Assembly: GCA_034436155.1 (NCBI GenBank)
Contig: DAOTVP010000088.1
Location: 6,105-70,104 of the forward strand
DNA: 64,000 nt
Origin: Anaerolineae bacterium
GTDB taxonomy: Bacteria; Chloroflexota; Anaerolineae; Aggregatilineales; Phototrophicaceae
Reading direction: 5' to 3'
The stretch's first letter is position 1. Each line of letters opens with the position of its first letter. This document shows, piece by piece, positions 51,559-59,938 of this stretch. Both the position numbers and the translations under genes were made by a program. The notes beneath the pieces were generated by a model. The model did not search any database and was not told the DNA's origin. It was given only the letters and a program-made list of their open reading frames with translations.

Positions 51559-52524
51559 ATGTCACTTGCAAACACCAGAAACTTATCAGAAATTAACCTA
51601 GACGAAGCAACACAAATCAGACGAGAAAAGCGCAACAATGCCATTCGCAAATGGCTGACGGTCGGCATTTTCCTCGTACCTGGGATGCTGGTGTTCATCG
51701 TATTCGTCCTTAGCCCCATCGCACAAACAGCAGTCTATAGCTTTTATGAATGGGATGGCTTGGGTCCGCTGACCAATTATCAAGAATTCGACAATTATGA
51801 GCGCCTGTTTGCCCATAGTGCCTTCACCAAAGCCCTGCAAAATACCTTTGTGATTATGCTCTTATCGTTGCTCATCCAATTGCCGATCGCTTTGATGATT
51901 GCCTTGTTGGTGGCGCGGGGTCAACTGCCCGGACGCAGAATCTTTCGGGCGCTCCTGTTTATACCCTATGTCTTTTCAGAAGTGATTACCGCCATCATTT
52001 GGTTGTATGTGTTGCATCCCAATGACGGCTTGGTCAATACCGTTTTTGCCAGCATCATCCCCAATTACCAACGGGTCGCGTGGACAAGCAACCCCGATGT
52101 CATTTTGTACTCGGTCTTTGCCGTGCTGGTCTGGAAATACTTCGGCTTTTACATGATTTTATACATGGCATCGATTCAAGGTGTCCCCAAAGATCTCGAA
52201 GAAGCCGCTCGTATGGATGGTGCGACAGAAATGGGCGTTTTGCGCTATGTCACCATTCCGTTGATTGGTCCGACCATTCGCCTGACGATTTTTCTCTCGG
52301 TATTGGGGTCGATTCAACAATTCGTCATCGCGTGGATTTTGACAACGGGTGGCGGGATTAACAACTCTGGCGCGGTCGTTAGCACTTACTTGTATAAATA
52401 TGGGCTACAACGCTTCAAATTGGGATATGGTAGTGCCATTGCCGTGGTTTTGTTCCTCATCACATTGGTATTCTCGATTTTATACCAACGCTTTGTCATG
52501 AATCGGGATTATGCAGACGATTAA
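51559..52524 (+). CDS. Sugar ABC transporter permease (MalF/UgpA-like)
   Basis: EAA-loop EAARMDGATEMGVLRYVTIPL. Confidence 0.9.
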   Translation: MSLANTRNLSEINLDEATQIRREKRNNAIRKWLTVGIFLVPGMLVFIVFVLSPIAQTAVYSFYEWDGLGPLTNYQEFDNYERLFAHSAFTKALQNTFVIMLLSLLIQLPIALMIALLVARGQLPGRRIFRALLFIPYVFSEVITAIIWLYVLHPNDGLVNTVFASIIPNYQRVAWTSNPDVILYSVFAVLVWKYFGFYMILYMASIQGVPKDLEEAARMDGATEMGVLRYVTIPLIGPTIRLTIFLSVLGSIQQFVIAWILTTGGGINNSGAVVSTYLYKYGLQRFKLGYGSAIAVVLFLITLVFSILYQRFVMNRDYADD

Positions 52525-52539
52525 AAGGATGGTGGCATC

Positions 52540-53379
52540 ATGACGCTTACACTTGTGCGTTGGGCATTTTTGTTGTTTCGCTATGCGGTACTGGGAATTT
52601 TATGTGTCATCATCATCAGTCCAGTGATGACCGCGTTTTTGGGCAGTGTGCGAACAACCAACGAATTTTTATCGCGCCCATTTGGCTTCCCCGAAGGGGC
52701 ATGGAATTGGCAATTTTACATTGATATTTTACAAAGCGAGTCGTTTTGGAAATTCATGGGCAATAGCATCATCATCACCAGTTTTACCATGGTGCTGAAT
52801 GTCTCTTTGGCGTGCATGTTGGCGTTTGCCTTCACGCGCTTACGCTTTAAGGGGCGGATGTTTGCCTTCAACGTTTTATCATTCGGATTGCTGTTCCCGT
52901 TAACCGTGGCGATTTTGCCTATCTTCATCCAAATCCGTCAATTCGGGTTGATAGATTCACATTGGGGGGTGATTTTGCCGTTAGTGGCGTTTGGATTGCC
53001 CCAAAGCACCGTCATCTTACGCAGTTTCTTCATCGCCATCCCCAATGAACTCGAAGATGCTTCGTATGTGGATGGTTGTAACACCTTTGGATTTTTCAGA
53101 TACATTTTACTGCCGATGGCGCGTCCAGCGATTACGGCGGTAGCGGTGATTCAGATTATCGCCGCGTGGAACGAATATTTCTTGCCCATTCTCGTCTTGA
53201 ATAAAGATGCCTATTGGCCCCTACCCCTCGGTATTATGCAATTTCAGGGGCAGTTTGGCACAGATTGGTCGCGGGTGATGGCTTATGTCATTTTGCTCAT
53301 CATCCCTGCCATCATTTTTTACATCTTTGCCGAGAAATATATCGTGACGGGCTTAACGGGTGGCGAACTAAAAGGCTAA
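52540..53379 (+). CDS. Sugar ABC transporter permease (MalG/UgpE-like)
   Basis: EAA-loop EDASYVDGCNTFGFFRYILLPMARP. Confidence 0.9.
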   Translation: MTLTLVRWAFLLFRYAVLGILCVIIISPVMTAFLGSVRTTNEFLSRPFGFPEGAWNWQFYIDILQSESFWKFMGNSIIITSFTMVLNVSLACMLAFAFTRLRFKGRMFAFNVLSFGLLFPLTVAILPIFIQIRQFGLIDSHWGVILPLVAFGLPQSTVILRSFFIAIPNELEDASYVDGCNTFGFFRYILLPMARPAITAVAVIQIIAAWNEYFLPILVLNKDAYWPLPLGIMQFQGQFGTDWSRVMAYVILLIIPAIIFYIFAEKYIVTGLTGGELKG

Positions 53380-53384
53380 AGCAC

Positions 53385-55742
53385 ATGAACATAACCTATA
53401 AAGATACACAGCTTGGCGTGGATGAACGCGCCGAGCATTTGTTAATGCAGATGACGCTCGAAGAAAAAGTGGCGCAAATCGGTGGCATTTGGTCGAGTGA
53501 TGTCACCGATGAGAGCAAACAGCACTTTGATAAGAACAAAGCCTTGCAGATTGTCCCACATGGCATCGGGCATGTCTCGCGCATTGGTGCGGTGTCGTTG
53601 CTCCCACCGCGACAAAGCGCCCAACTTGCCAATATCATCCAAGCCTATTTTGTGAATGAGACGCGCTTGGGCATCCCCGCCATTGTCCACGAAGAAAATT
53701 GCGCGGGTTATATGGCGAATGGTGCGACTTCATTCCCACAGGCTATCGGCTTGGCGGCAACATGGGAGCCAGACCTCATCCAGCAAATGACCCGTGCCAT
53801 CCGCCAACAAATGCGTTCGGTCGGCGCACATCTGGGGCTTGCGCCCGTATTGGATGTCGCCCGTGACCCGCGTTGGGGACGTGTCGAGGAGACCTTTGGC
53901 GAAGACCCCTTCCTCATATCTACGCTCGGCGTGGCATACATCAATGGGTTGCAAGGCGATGATTTGAAGACGGGCATTGTCGCCACTGCCAAGCACTTTT
54001 TAGGCTATAGCGCATCCGAAGGCGGGATGAATTGGGCTCCTGCACATATCCCGCAACGCACCCTGCGCGAGGTCTACCTGACACCCTTCGCCGCGGCAAT
54101 CAAACACGCCAATGTCGGCGCGGTGATGAATGGTTATCAAGAAATAGACGGCGTGCCGTGTGGCAGTTCAAAAGAATATCTGGTGGATATGTTGCGCGGT
54201 GAATTGGGCTTCACTGGCACGATTGTCGCCGATTATTTCACCATCAATATGTTGGTCGATTATCATCGTATCGCCAAAGATAAGGCAGAAGCGGCGAAAT
54301 ACGCGCTCATGGCGGGGATCGATGTCGAATTGCCTGCGCTCGATTGCTATGCCCAACCGTTGATTGATGCCATTCGTGCGGGTGATATTCGTGAAGAGTT
54401 GCTCGATGCGTGTGTGCGACGGGTGCTACGCCAAAAAATCAGCTTGGGCTTGCTCGATAATCCGTATGTTGATGAGGGGTGCATTGCCGAAGTGTATAAC
54501 ACCCCCGCGCAAATCGAATTATCGCGCACGCTGGCTTCAAAATCGGTGGTGTTGCTCAAAAATGAGGGCGCAATTTTACCCTTGTCGAAATCCATCGGCA
54601 AAATCGCCGTCATCGGACCCAGCGCCGATAACGCCCGCCTCATGCAAGGCGATTATCACTATCCAGCGCACCTCGAAGGCGTGTCGAATATGGGCGATAA
54701 TATGGTCGCGCCCACACCCAATAAAGATAAACTGAATATCAATTGGGACGCGCACCGCCCACCCACCACCACCGTTTTACAGGGTATTCAGGCTATTGTG
54801 GGGCAAAATACCCAAGTGACATATGCCCAGGGGTGTGGCATCACGGGGAATAACGCCTCGTTGTTTGATGAGGCGATCACAAACGCCAAAAATGCCGATG
54901 TTGCCATCGTGGTGGTTGGTGATATTTCGGGTCTGAGTTTGGGTAGTACCAGTGGCGAAGCCATAGACCGCGCCACGCTCGAATTGCCCGGTTTGCAACA
55001 ACAACTCGTCTTAAAAATCGCCGAGACAGGCACCCCGACCATCGTAGTCGTGCTGAATGGTCGTCCGCCCGTCCTCACAGAAATCGCCGACAAGGTGAAC
55101 TCGCTGTTGCTCGGATGGTTGCCCGCGCAAGAAGGTGGCAACGCCATCGCCCAAATCTTATTCGGCGATGCGAACCCCGCGGGGCGCTTGCCCATCACAC
55201 TCCCGCGCCATGTCGGACAAGTTCCCACCTATTACGCACATAAACCATCGGGCGGGCGCTCGCATTGGTTTGGCGATTACGCCGATATGCCCACCAAGCC
55301 GCTTTATCCGTTTGGTTATGGGCTGAGTTATACCCAATTTGAGTATAGCGATTTGCGTCTGAGCGCCGATCGCGCCAGCGCCGATGATGTGATCCATGTC
55401 ACCGTCACCGTGAAAAATATCGGCAATCGGGCGGGTGATGAGGTGGTGCAATTGTATGTATCTGACCCCATCGCCAGCGTCACGCGCCCCGTCAAGATGC
55501 TCAAAGGTTTTCAACGGGTGCATTTAGACGCGGGGCAAAGCGCCCATATCACCTTTGATTTGGATGTGCGCCATCTCGGTTTTTATGACCGCACCATGAC
55601 GCATATCATCGAGGCGGGCGAAATTGTGGTGATGATCGGGCGGTCATCTGATGATATTTGCCTATCGGCATCGTTTGAAATCACCCGCACCCAACCCGTC
55701 GATCGGGTGTATCTGACCCCCGTATCGGTGGCGTTAGGGTGA
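53385..55742 (+). CDS. GH3 beta-glucosidase/beta-xylosidase
   Basis: Start ATG 53385 (MNITYKDTQL..MTLEEKVAQ). KHFLGY, GFTGTIVADY nucleophile region. C-terminal FnIII-like domain (VVQLYVSDPIASVTRPVKMLKGF). Confidence 0.88.
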   Translation: MNITYKDTQLGVDERAEHLLMQMTLEEKVAQIGGIWSSDVTDESKQHFDKNKALQIVPHGIGHVSRIGAVSLLPPRQSAQLANIIQAYFVNETRLGIPAIVHEENCAGYMANGATSFPQAIGLAATWEPDLIQQMTRAIRQQMRSVGAHLGLAPVLDVARDPRWGRVEETFGEDPFLISTLGVAYINGLQGDDLKTGIVATAKHFLGYSASEGGMNWAPAHIPQRTLREVYLTPFAAAIKHANVGAVMNGYQEIDGVPCGSSKEYLVDMLRGELGFTGTIVADYFTINMLVDYHRIAKDKAEAAKYALMAGIDVELPALDCYAQPLIDAIRAGDIREELLDACVRRVLRQKISLGLLDNPYVDEGCIAEVYNTPAQIELSRTLASKSVVLLKNEGAILPLSKSIGKIAVIGPSADNARLMQGDYHYPAHLEGVSNMGDNMVAPTPNKDKLNINWDAHRPPTTTVLQGIQAIVGQNTQVTYAQGCGITGNNASLFDEAITNAKNADVAIVVVGDISGLSLGSTSGEAIDRATLELPGLQQQLVLKIAETGTPTIVVVLNGRPPVLTEIADKVNSLLLGWLPAQEGGNAIAQILFGDANPAGRLPITLPRHVGQVPTYYAHKPSGGRSHWFGDYADMPTKPLYPFGYGLSYTQFEYSDLRLSADRASADDVIHVTVTVKNIGNRAGDEVVQLYVSDPIASVTRPVKMLKGFQRVHLDAGQSAHITFDLDVRHLGFYDRTMTHIIEAGEIVVMIGRSSDDICLSASFEITRTQPVDRVYLTPVSVALG

Positions 55743-55760
55743 TATTTTAACCGTAAAAAA

Positions 55761-55872
55761 TCCCCCATCCCCAGCCCTTCCCCCATCGAATAGGGGAAGG
55801 GGGTAAAAACCACCTTTGAGGTAGGATTTTAGCCTCCTCTCCATGCAATGGGGAGGAGGTTGGGGGTGGGGA
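55761..55872. mobile_element. G/C-rich hairpin MITE-like element, intergenic copy E
   Basis: TCCCCCATCCCCAGCC ... CCCTTCCCCcatcgaataGGGGAAGGG ... CCTCCTCTCCATgcaATGGGGAGGAGG ... GGTTGGGGGTGGGGA, with inverted termini. Confidence 0.75.
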
Positions 55873-55897
55873 TAATCGATTCAAGAAAGGATACACG

Positions 55898-57136
55898 ATG
55901 AAAAAACTAACTTTACTTTGCATACTTATCTTCACACTAGGATTAACCGCCGTGAGCGCACAAGACGACACCAAAATCCCACAACTGCCTAGCGAAGGCG
56001 CATTTTTCACGGGTGAATATCGCAATATCTTATCGGAATGGGGGTTATCGGATGAAGAAATCCAAACCCGCATTGATGAAACATTCCAGCAATTGTTTTA
56101 TGGCGATGACGACAACGAGCGCGTGTATTACGAACTCGGTGATGACATGGCGTATATCGTCGACATCAACAACAACGATATTCGCACCGAAGGCATTTCG
56201 TATGGCATGATGATCACCGTCCAGATGGATAAAAAAGCCGAATTTGACCGCCTCTGGAAGTGGGCATATACCCATATGTATCACAAAGAGGGTCCGTGGG
56301 CGGGGTATTTCTGTTGGCATACCCGCCTAGACGGGACATGTATCGACAACAACCCCGCATCCGATGGTGAAATTTGGTATGCCACCGCGCTATTTTTTGC
56401 CTCTGCCCGTTGGGGTGATGGTGAAGGCATTTTTAATTATAAAGAATATGCCCAAACCATCCTCAACACCATGATTCATCAAAAAACTGCCCTCGCCACA
56501 CCGACATTCGACCCCGAAACCAAGTTAGTGGTGTTTGTGGCGCAAATTGGAGAGGTGAGCCAATTCACCGATCCATCGTATCAAGCGCCTCATTTTTATG
56601 AAATTTGGGCGCGGTTAGCCACGCAAGATAACGAATTTTGGCAAGAAGCCATCCAAGCCGCCCGTGAACATTGGCGTAATGCCGCCCATCCCGTCACAGG
56701 GTTGATGGCGAATTATGCTGAATTCACAGGTGAACCGCGGGATTGGGGTGGTAGTGATTATGGCGGTGTGTATTATGCCGATGCGTGGCGCATTGGCATG
56801 ATGGTGGCGCTGGATTACATCTGGTTTGCCCCAGACCAATGGCATGTCGAACAGAGCAACCGCTATCTGCGCTTCTTCCACGATTTAGGCATCGGGCGCT
56901 ATAACAGTCGCTTCTTGATTGATGGCACGCCACAGGGCTTTCAACATCGTTCTACGGGGCATATCGCCACCAACGCCGTTGCCACCCTCGCGTCTACCGA
57001 GCCGTTTGTGTGGGATTTCCTCGAAGAATTTTGGAATACGCCCATTCCGACAGGACAATATCGGTATTATGATGGATTGTTGTATATGATGGCGTTGTTG
57101 CAGACCAGTGGCAATTTTAGAATTTATATGCCATAA
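55898..57136 (+). CDS. GH8 glycoside hydrolase (xylanase / exo-oligoxylanase-like) with signal peptide
   Basis: EGISYGMMI catalytic-acid region and GH8 signature-like ASDGEIWYATALFFASARW. Signal peptide MKKLTLLCILIFTLGLTAVSAQ. Confidence 0.78.
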   Translation: MKKLTLLCILIFTLGLTAVSAQDDTKIPQLPSEGAFFTGEYRNILSEWGLSDEEIQTRIDETFQQLFYGDDDNERVYYELGDDMAYIVDINNNDIRTEGISYGMMITVQMDKKAEFDRLWKWAYTHMYHKEGPWAGYFCWHTRLDGTCIDNNPASDGEIWYATALFFASARWGDGEGIFNYKEYAQTILNTMIHQKTALATPTFDPETKLVVFVAQIGEVSQFTDPSYQAPHFYEIWARLATQDNEFWQEAIQAAREHWRNAAHPVTGLMANYAEFTGEPRDWGGSDYGGVYYADAWRIGMMVALDYIWFAPDQWHVEQSNRYLRFFHDLGIGRYNSRFLIDGTPQGFQHRSTGHIATNAVATLASTEPFVWDFLEEFWNTPIPTGQYRYYDGLLYMMALLQTSGNFRIYMP

Positions 57137-57151
57137 CGCCTATTCATTTTG

Positions 57152-57187
57152 TGGCGGACATACAAGGCTAAAGCCTTTAGTCCGCCA
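57152..57187. repeat. Two-tier REP-like hairpin (ATAC...TA)
   Basis: TGGCGGAC-ataC-AAGGCT-aa-AGCCTT-ta-GTCCGCCA. Confidence 0.85.
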
Positions 57188-57213
57188 TTACACCCAAACT
57201 GGATATACTGTAA

Positions 57214-57247
57214 TGGCTGACTAGCCCGTTAGGGCGTATGTCAGCCA
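57214..57247. repeat. Two-tier REP-like hairpin (TA...GTAT), forming an inverted doublet with 57152..57187
   Basis: TGGCTGAC-ta-GCCC-gtta-GGGC-gtat-GTCAGCCA. Confidence 0.85.
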
Positions 57248-57282
57248 CACTTATTAATAATATGATATTGAGGACACATACC

Positions 57283-58449
57283 ATGACCAACTATCAACCC
57301 AAACCCGAACATAAATTTACCTTTGGCTTATGGACAGTCGGCAACACGGGGCGCGACCCCTTCGGTGAACCCACCCGTAAACTCTTATCGCCTGTCGAGA
57401 TTGTCCACCTCCTCGCCGATGTCGGCGCGTGGGGGGTCAATTTTCATGATAACGATCTCGTGCCGATAGATGCCACCCCTGCCCAACGCGACCAAATCGT
57501 GCGCGATTTCAAAAAGGCACTCGCCGATACGGGCATCGTTGTGCCAATGGCGACCACCAATTTATTCACGCACCCCGTTTTCAAAGATGGCGCGTTCACA
57601 TCCAACGACCCCAAAGTCCGTGCGTATGCCTTGCAAAAGACCATGAACGCCATTGATCTCGGCGTGGAATTGGGCGCGAAAACGTATGTCTTTTGGGGCG
57701 GACGTGAAGGCACAGAGACCGATAGCGCAAAAAATCCACTCGATGCGCTCAAATGGTTTCGGGAGGCGATCAACTTTTTGACAGCATACGTGCGCGATCA
57801 AGGCTACGACCTCAAATTTGCCCTCGAACCCAAACCGAATGAACCACGCGGTCACATCTTTTTGCCGACCGTTGGCGATGCGCTCGGCTTCATCAGCACG
57901 CTCGACCATCCCGACATGGTGGGCTTAAATCCAGAAGTGGCGCATGAACACATGGCGGGCTTAAACTTTTTGCACGGCGTGGCAATGGCGTGGGATGCGA
58001 ATAAATTATTCCACATCGACCTGAACGATCAACTGTTTGGGCGTTATGATCAAGATTTCCGCTTTGGTAGTGTGATGATCAAGCAAGCCTTCTACTTGGT
58101 CAAATTTTTAGAAGATGTCGGTTATTCTGGCAGTCGCCATTTCGATGCCCATGCCTTCCGTAGCTCGAATTACGAGGATGTCAAAGCCTTTGCGCGGGGC
58201 TGTATGCGGACGTATCTCATCCTCAAAGAGAAGGCGCAACGCTTTAATGCCGACCCAGAAATTCAGGCATTGCTGGCAGAAATCACCGCCAAAGACGATA
58301 CGTTATCGTATCTGAGCGCGGGGTATAGCCAAGATGCCGCCCAAAAATTGCGTGCTACCACGTTTAACCGTGACGAATTGGGCGCGAAGAATATCCCCTA
58401 CGAACATCTCGACCAACTGACCATCGAATTGTTGCTTGGGGTGCGCTGA
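57283..58449 (+). CDS. xylA: Xylose isomerase (class I, short type)
   Basis: Start ATG 57283: [44 protein letters not shown]. Confidence 0.93.
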   Translation: MTNYQPKPEHKFTFGLWTVGNTGRDPFGEPTRKLLSPVEIVHLLADVGAWGVNFHDNDLVPIDATPAQRDQIVRDFKKALADTGIVVPMATTNLFTHPVFKDGAFTSNDPKVRAYALQKTMNAIDLGVELGAKTYVFWGGREGTETDSAKNPLDALKWFREAINFLTAYVRDQGYDLKFALEPKPNEPRGHIFLPTVGDALGFISTLDHPDMVGLNPEVAHEHMAGLNFLHGVAMAWDANKLFHIDLNDQLFGRYDQDFRFGSVMIKQAFYLVKFLEDVGYSGSRHFDAHAFRSSNYEDVKAFARGCMRTYLILKEKAQRFNADPEIQALLAEITAKDDTLSYLSAGYSQDAAQKLRATTFNRDELGAKNIPYEHLDQLTIELLLGVR

Positions 58450-59927
58450 TGAGTTACTTCATGGGTATTGATATTAGCACCACCAGCGCCAAGGCGTTGA
58501 TTGTGGATACGATGGGCAAGGTGGTGGCGATGGGTAGCACCCCGCAACCCATCAGCCAACCCAAACCCCTCTGGAGCGAACAACACCCGTCCGATTGGTG
58601 GGATGGGGTGGTCAATTCTATCAAACAGGCGCTCACGATTGCCAACCTGAACGGGGATGACATCGGCGCGATTGGTCTGACGGGTCAAATGCACGGTTTG
58701 GTCATGTTGGATAGCGCGGGGCGTGTGTTGCGCCCTGCCATTTTATGGAATGACCAACGCACCCAACGTCAATGTGATTTTATGACCGAAAAAATCGGCT
58801 TCCACCGTCTGATTCAACTGACGGGCAATCGGGCATTGACGGGCTTCACTGCCCCCAAAATCTTGTGGGTGCGCGATAACGAACCCGATATTTACGCCCA
58901 ATGCGCCCATATTTTGCTCCCCAAAGATTACATCCGCTACCAACTGACGGGCGAATATGCGATGGATGTGTCGGATGCGGCGGGGACATCGTTGCTGAAT
59001 GTCGAAAAACGCGCCTGGTCAAGCGAGGTGCTAACCGCGTTGGATATTCCGTCTGATTGGCTACCCGCGTTGTACGAAGGGACACACATCACGGGGCAAA
59101 TCACGGCGCAAATCGCCCAACTCACAGGGTTACGCGCAGGCACACCCGTCATGGCGGGCGGTGGCGACCAAGCGGCGGGCGCAGTAGGGATGGGTGCGGT
59201 CGAACCGCATATCATCGGTCTGACGGTTGGCACATCGGGCGTGGTATTCGCGCCATTGAATCAATATGCTTATGAACCCGATGGACGCTTACATGCCTTT
59301 TGTCATGCCGTCCCCGATATGTGGCATTTCATGGGCGTGATGTTGAGCGCGGCGGGCAGTTTGCAATGGTACAGAGATACGCTCGCGGGACATATTTCGT
59401 TCCCAAATTTGCTGGCAGAAGCCGAAAATGCCCCTGCAGGGTGTGACGGATTGTTCTTTTTGCCTTATTTGACAGGGGAACGTACCCCTCATCCAGACCC
59501 GTTGGCGCGGGGTGGATTTATCGGGTTGACCTCGCGGCATACCCGCGCTCACATGACCCGCGCTGTACTCGAAGGTGTGGCGTATGGGCTAAAAGATAGT
59601 TTCTCGCTGATTGCCCAAGCAGGCTTACCGTCCGATTTCACCGTCCGCTTGAGCGGTGGCGGGGCGCAAAGCCGATTCTGGCAAGGTATCATCGCTGATA
59701 TTCTCGGTGCGCCGTTGGTCAATGTGAATACGTCCGAAGCGGGGGCATTTGGGGCGGCGTTGCTGGCGATGGTCGGGCAGGGGATTTATGCCGATGTCGC
59801 CGAAGCCTGTCGTCAGACCATCCATACGGGCGATGTCGTGCAACCGAGCGCCAATCATGCCCGCTATGCCGATGATTACATCACCTATATGGCGTTGTAT
59901 CCCGCCCTCAAACCGTTGGTGATGTAA
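58449..59927 (+). CDS. xylB: Xylulokinase
   Basis: FGGY kinase N-terminus MGIDISTTSAKALIVD, GGGDQAAGAVGMG. 1-nt TGATG overlap with xylA. Confidence 0.9.
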   Translation: MSYFMGIDISTTSAKALIVDTMGKVVAMGSTPQPISQPKPLWSEQHPSDWWDGVVNSIKQALTIANLNGDDIGAIGLTGQMHGLVMLDSAGRVLRPAILWNDQRTQRQCDFMTEKIGFHRLIQLTGNRALTGFTAPKILWVRDNEPDIYAQCAHILLPKDYIRYQLTGEYAMDVSDAAGTSLLNVEKRAWSSEVLTALDIPSDWLPALYEGTHITGQITAQIAQLTGLRAGTPVMAGGGDQAAGAVGMGAVEPHIIGLTVGTSGVVFAPLNQYAYEPDGRLHAFCHAVPDMWHFMGVMLSAAGSLQWYRDTLAGHISFPNLLAEAENAPAGCDGLFFLPYLTGERTPHPDPLARGGFIGLTSRHTRAHMTRAVLEGVAYGLKDSFSLIAQAGLPSDFTVRLSGGGAQSRFWQGIIADILGAPLVNVNTSEAGAFGAALLAMVGQGIYADVAEACRQTIHTGDVVQPSANHARYADDYITYMALYPALKPLVM

Positions 59928-59938
59928 ACCATGTTTAC

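Noticed and set aside
55747-56073. 108-aa minus-strand ORF
   Set aside because: Its C-terminal part is a read-through of the intergenic G/C-rich repeat (…SPLHGEEA…PIRWGKGWGWG), and the rest is antisense to the GH8 signal-peptide region.
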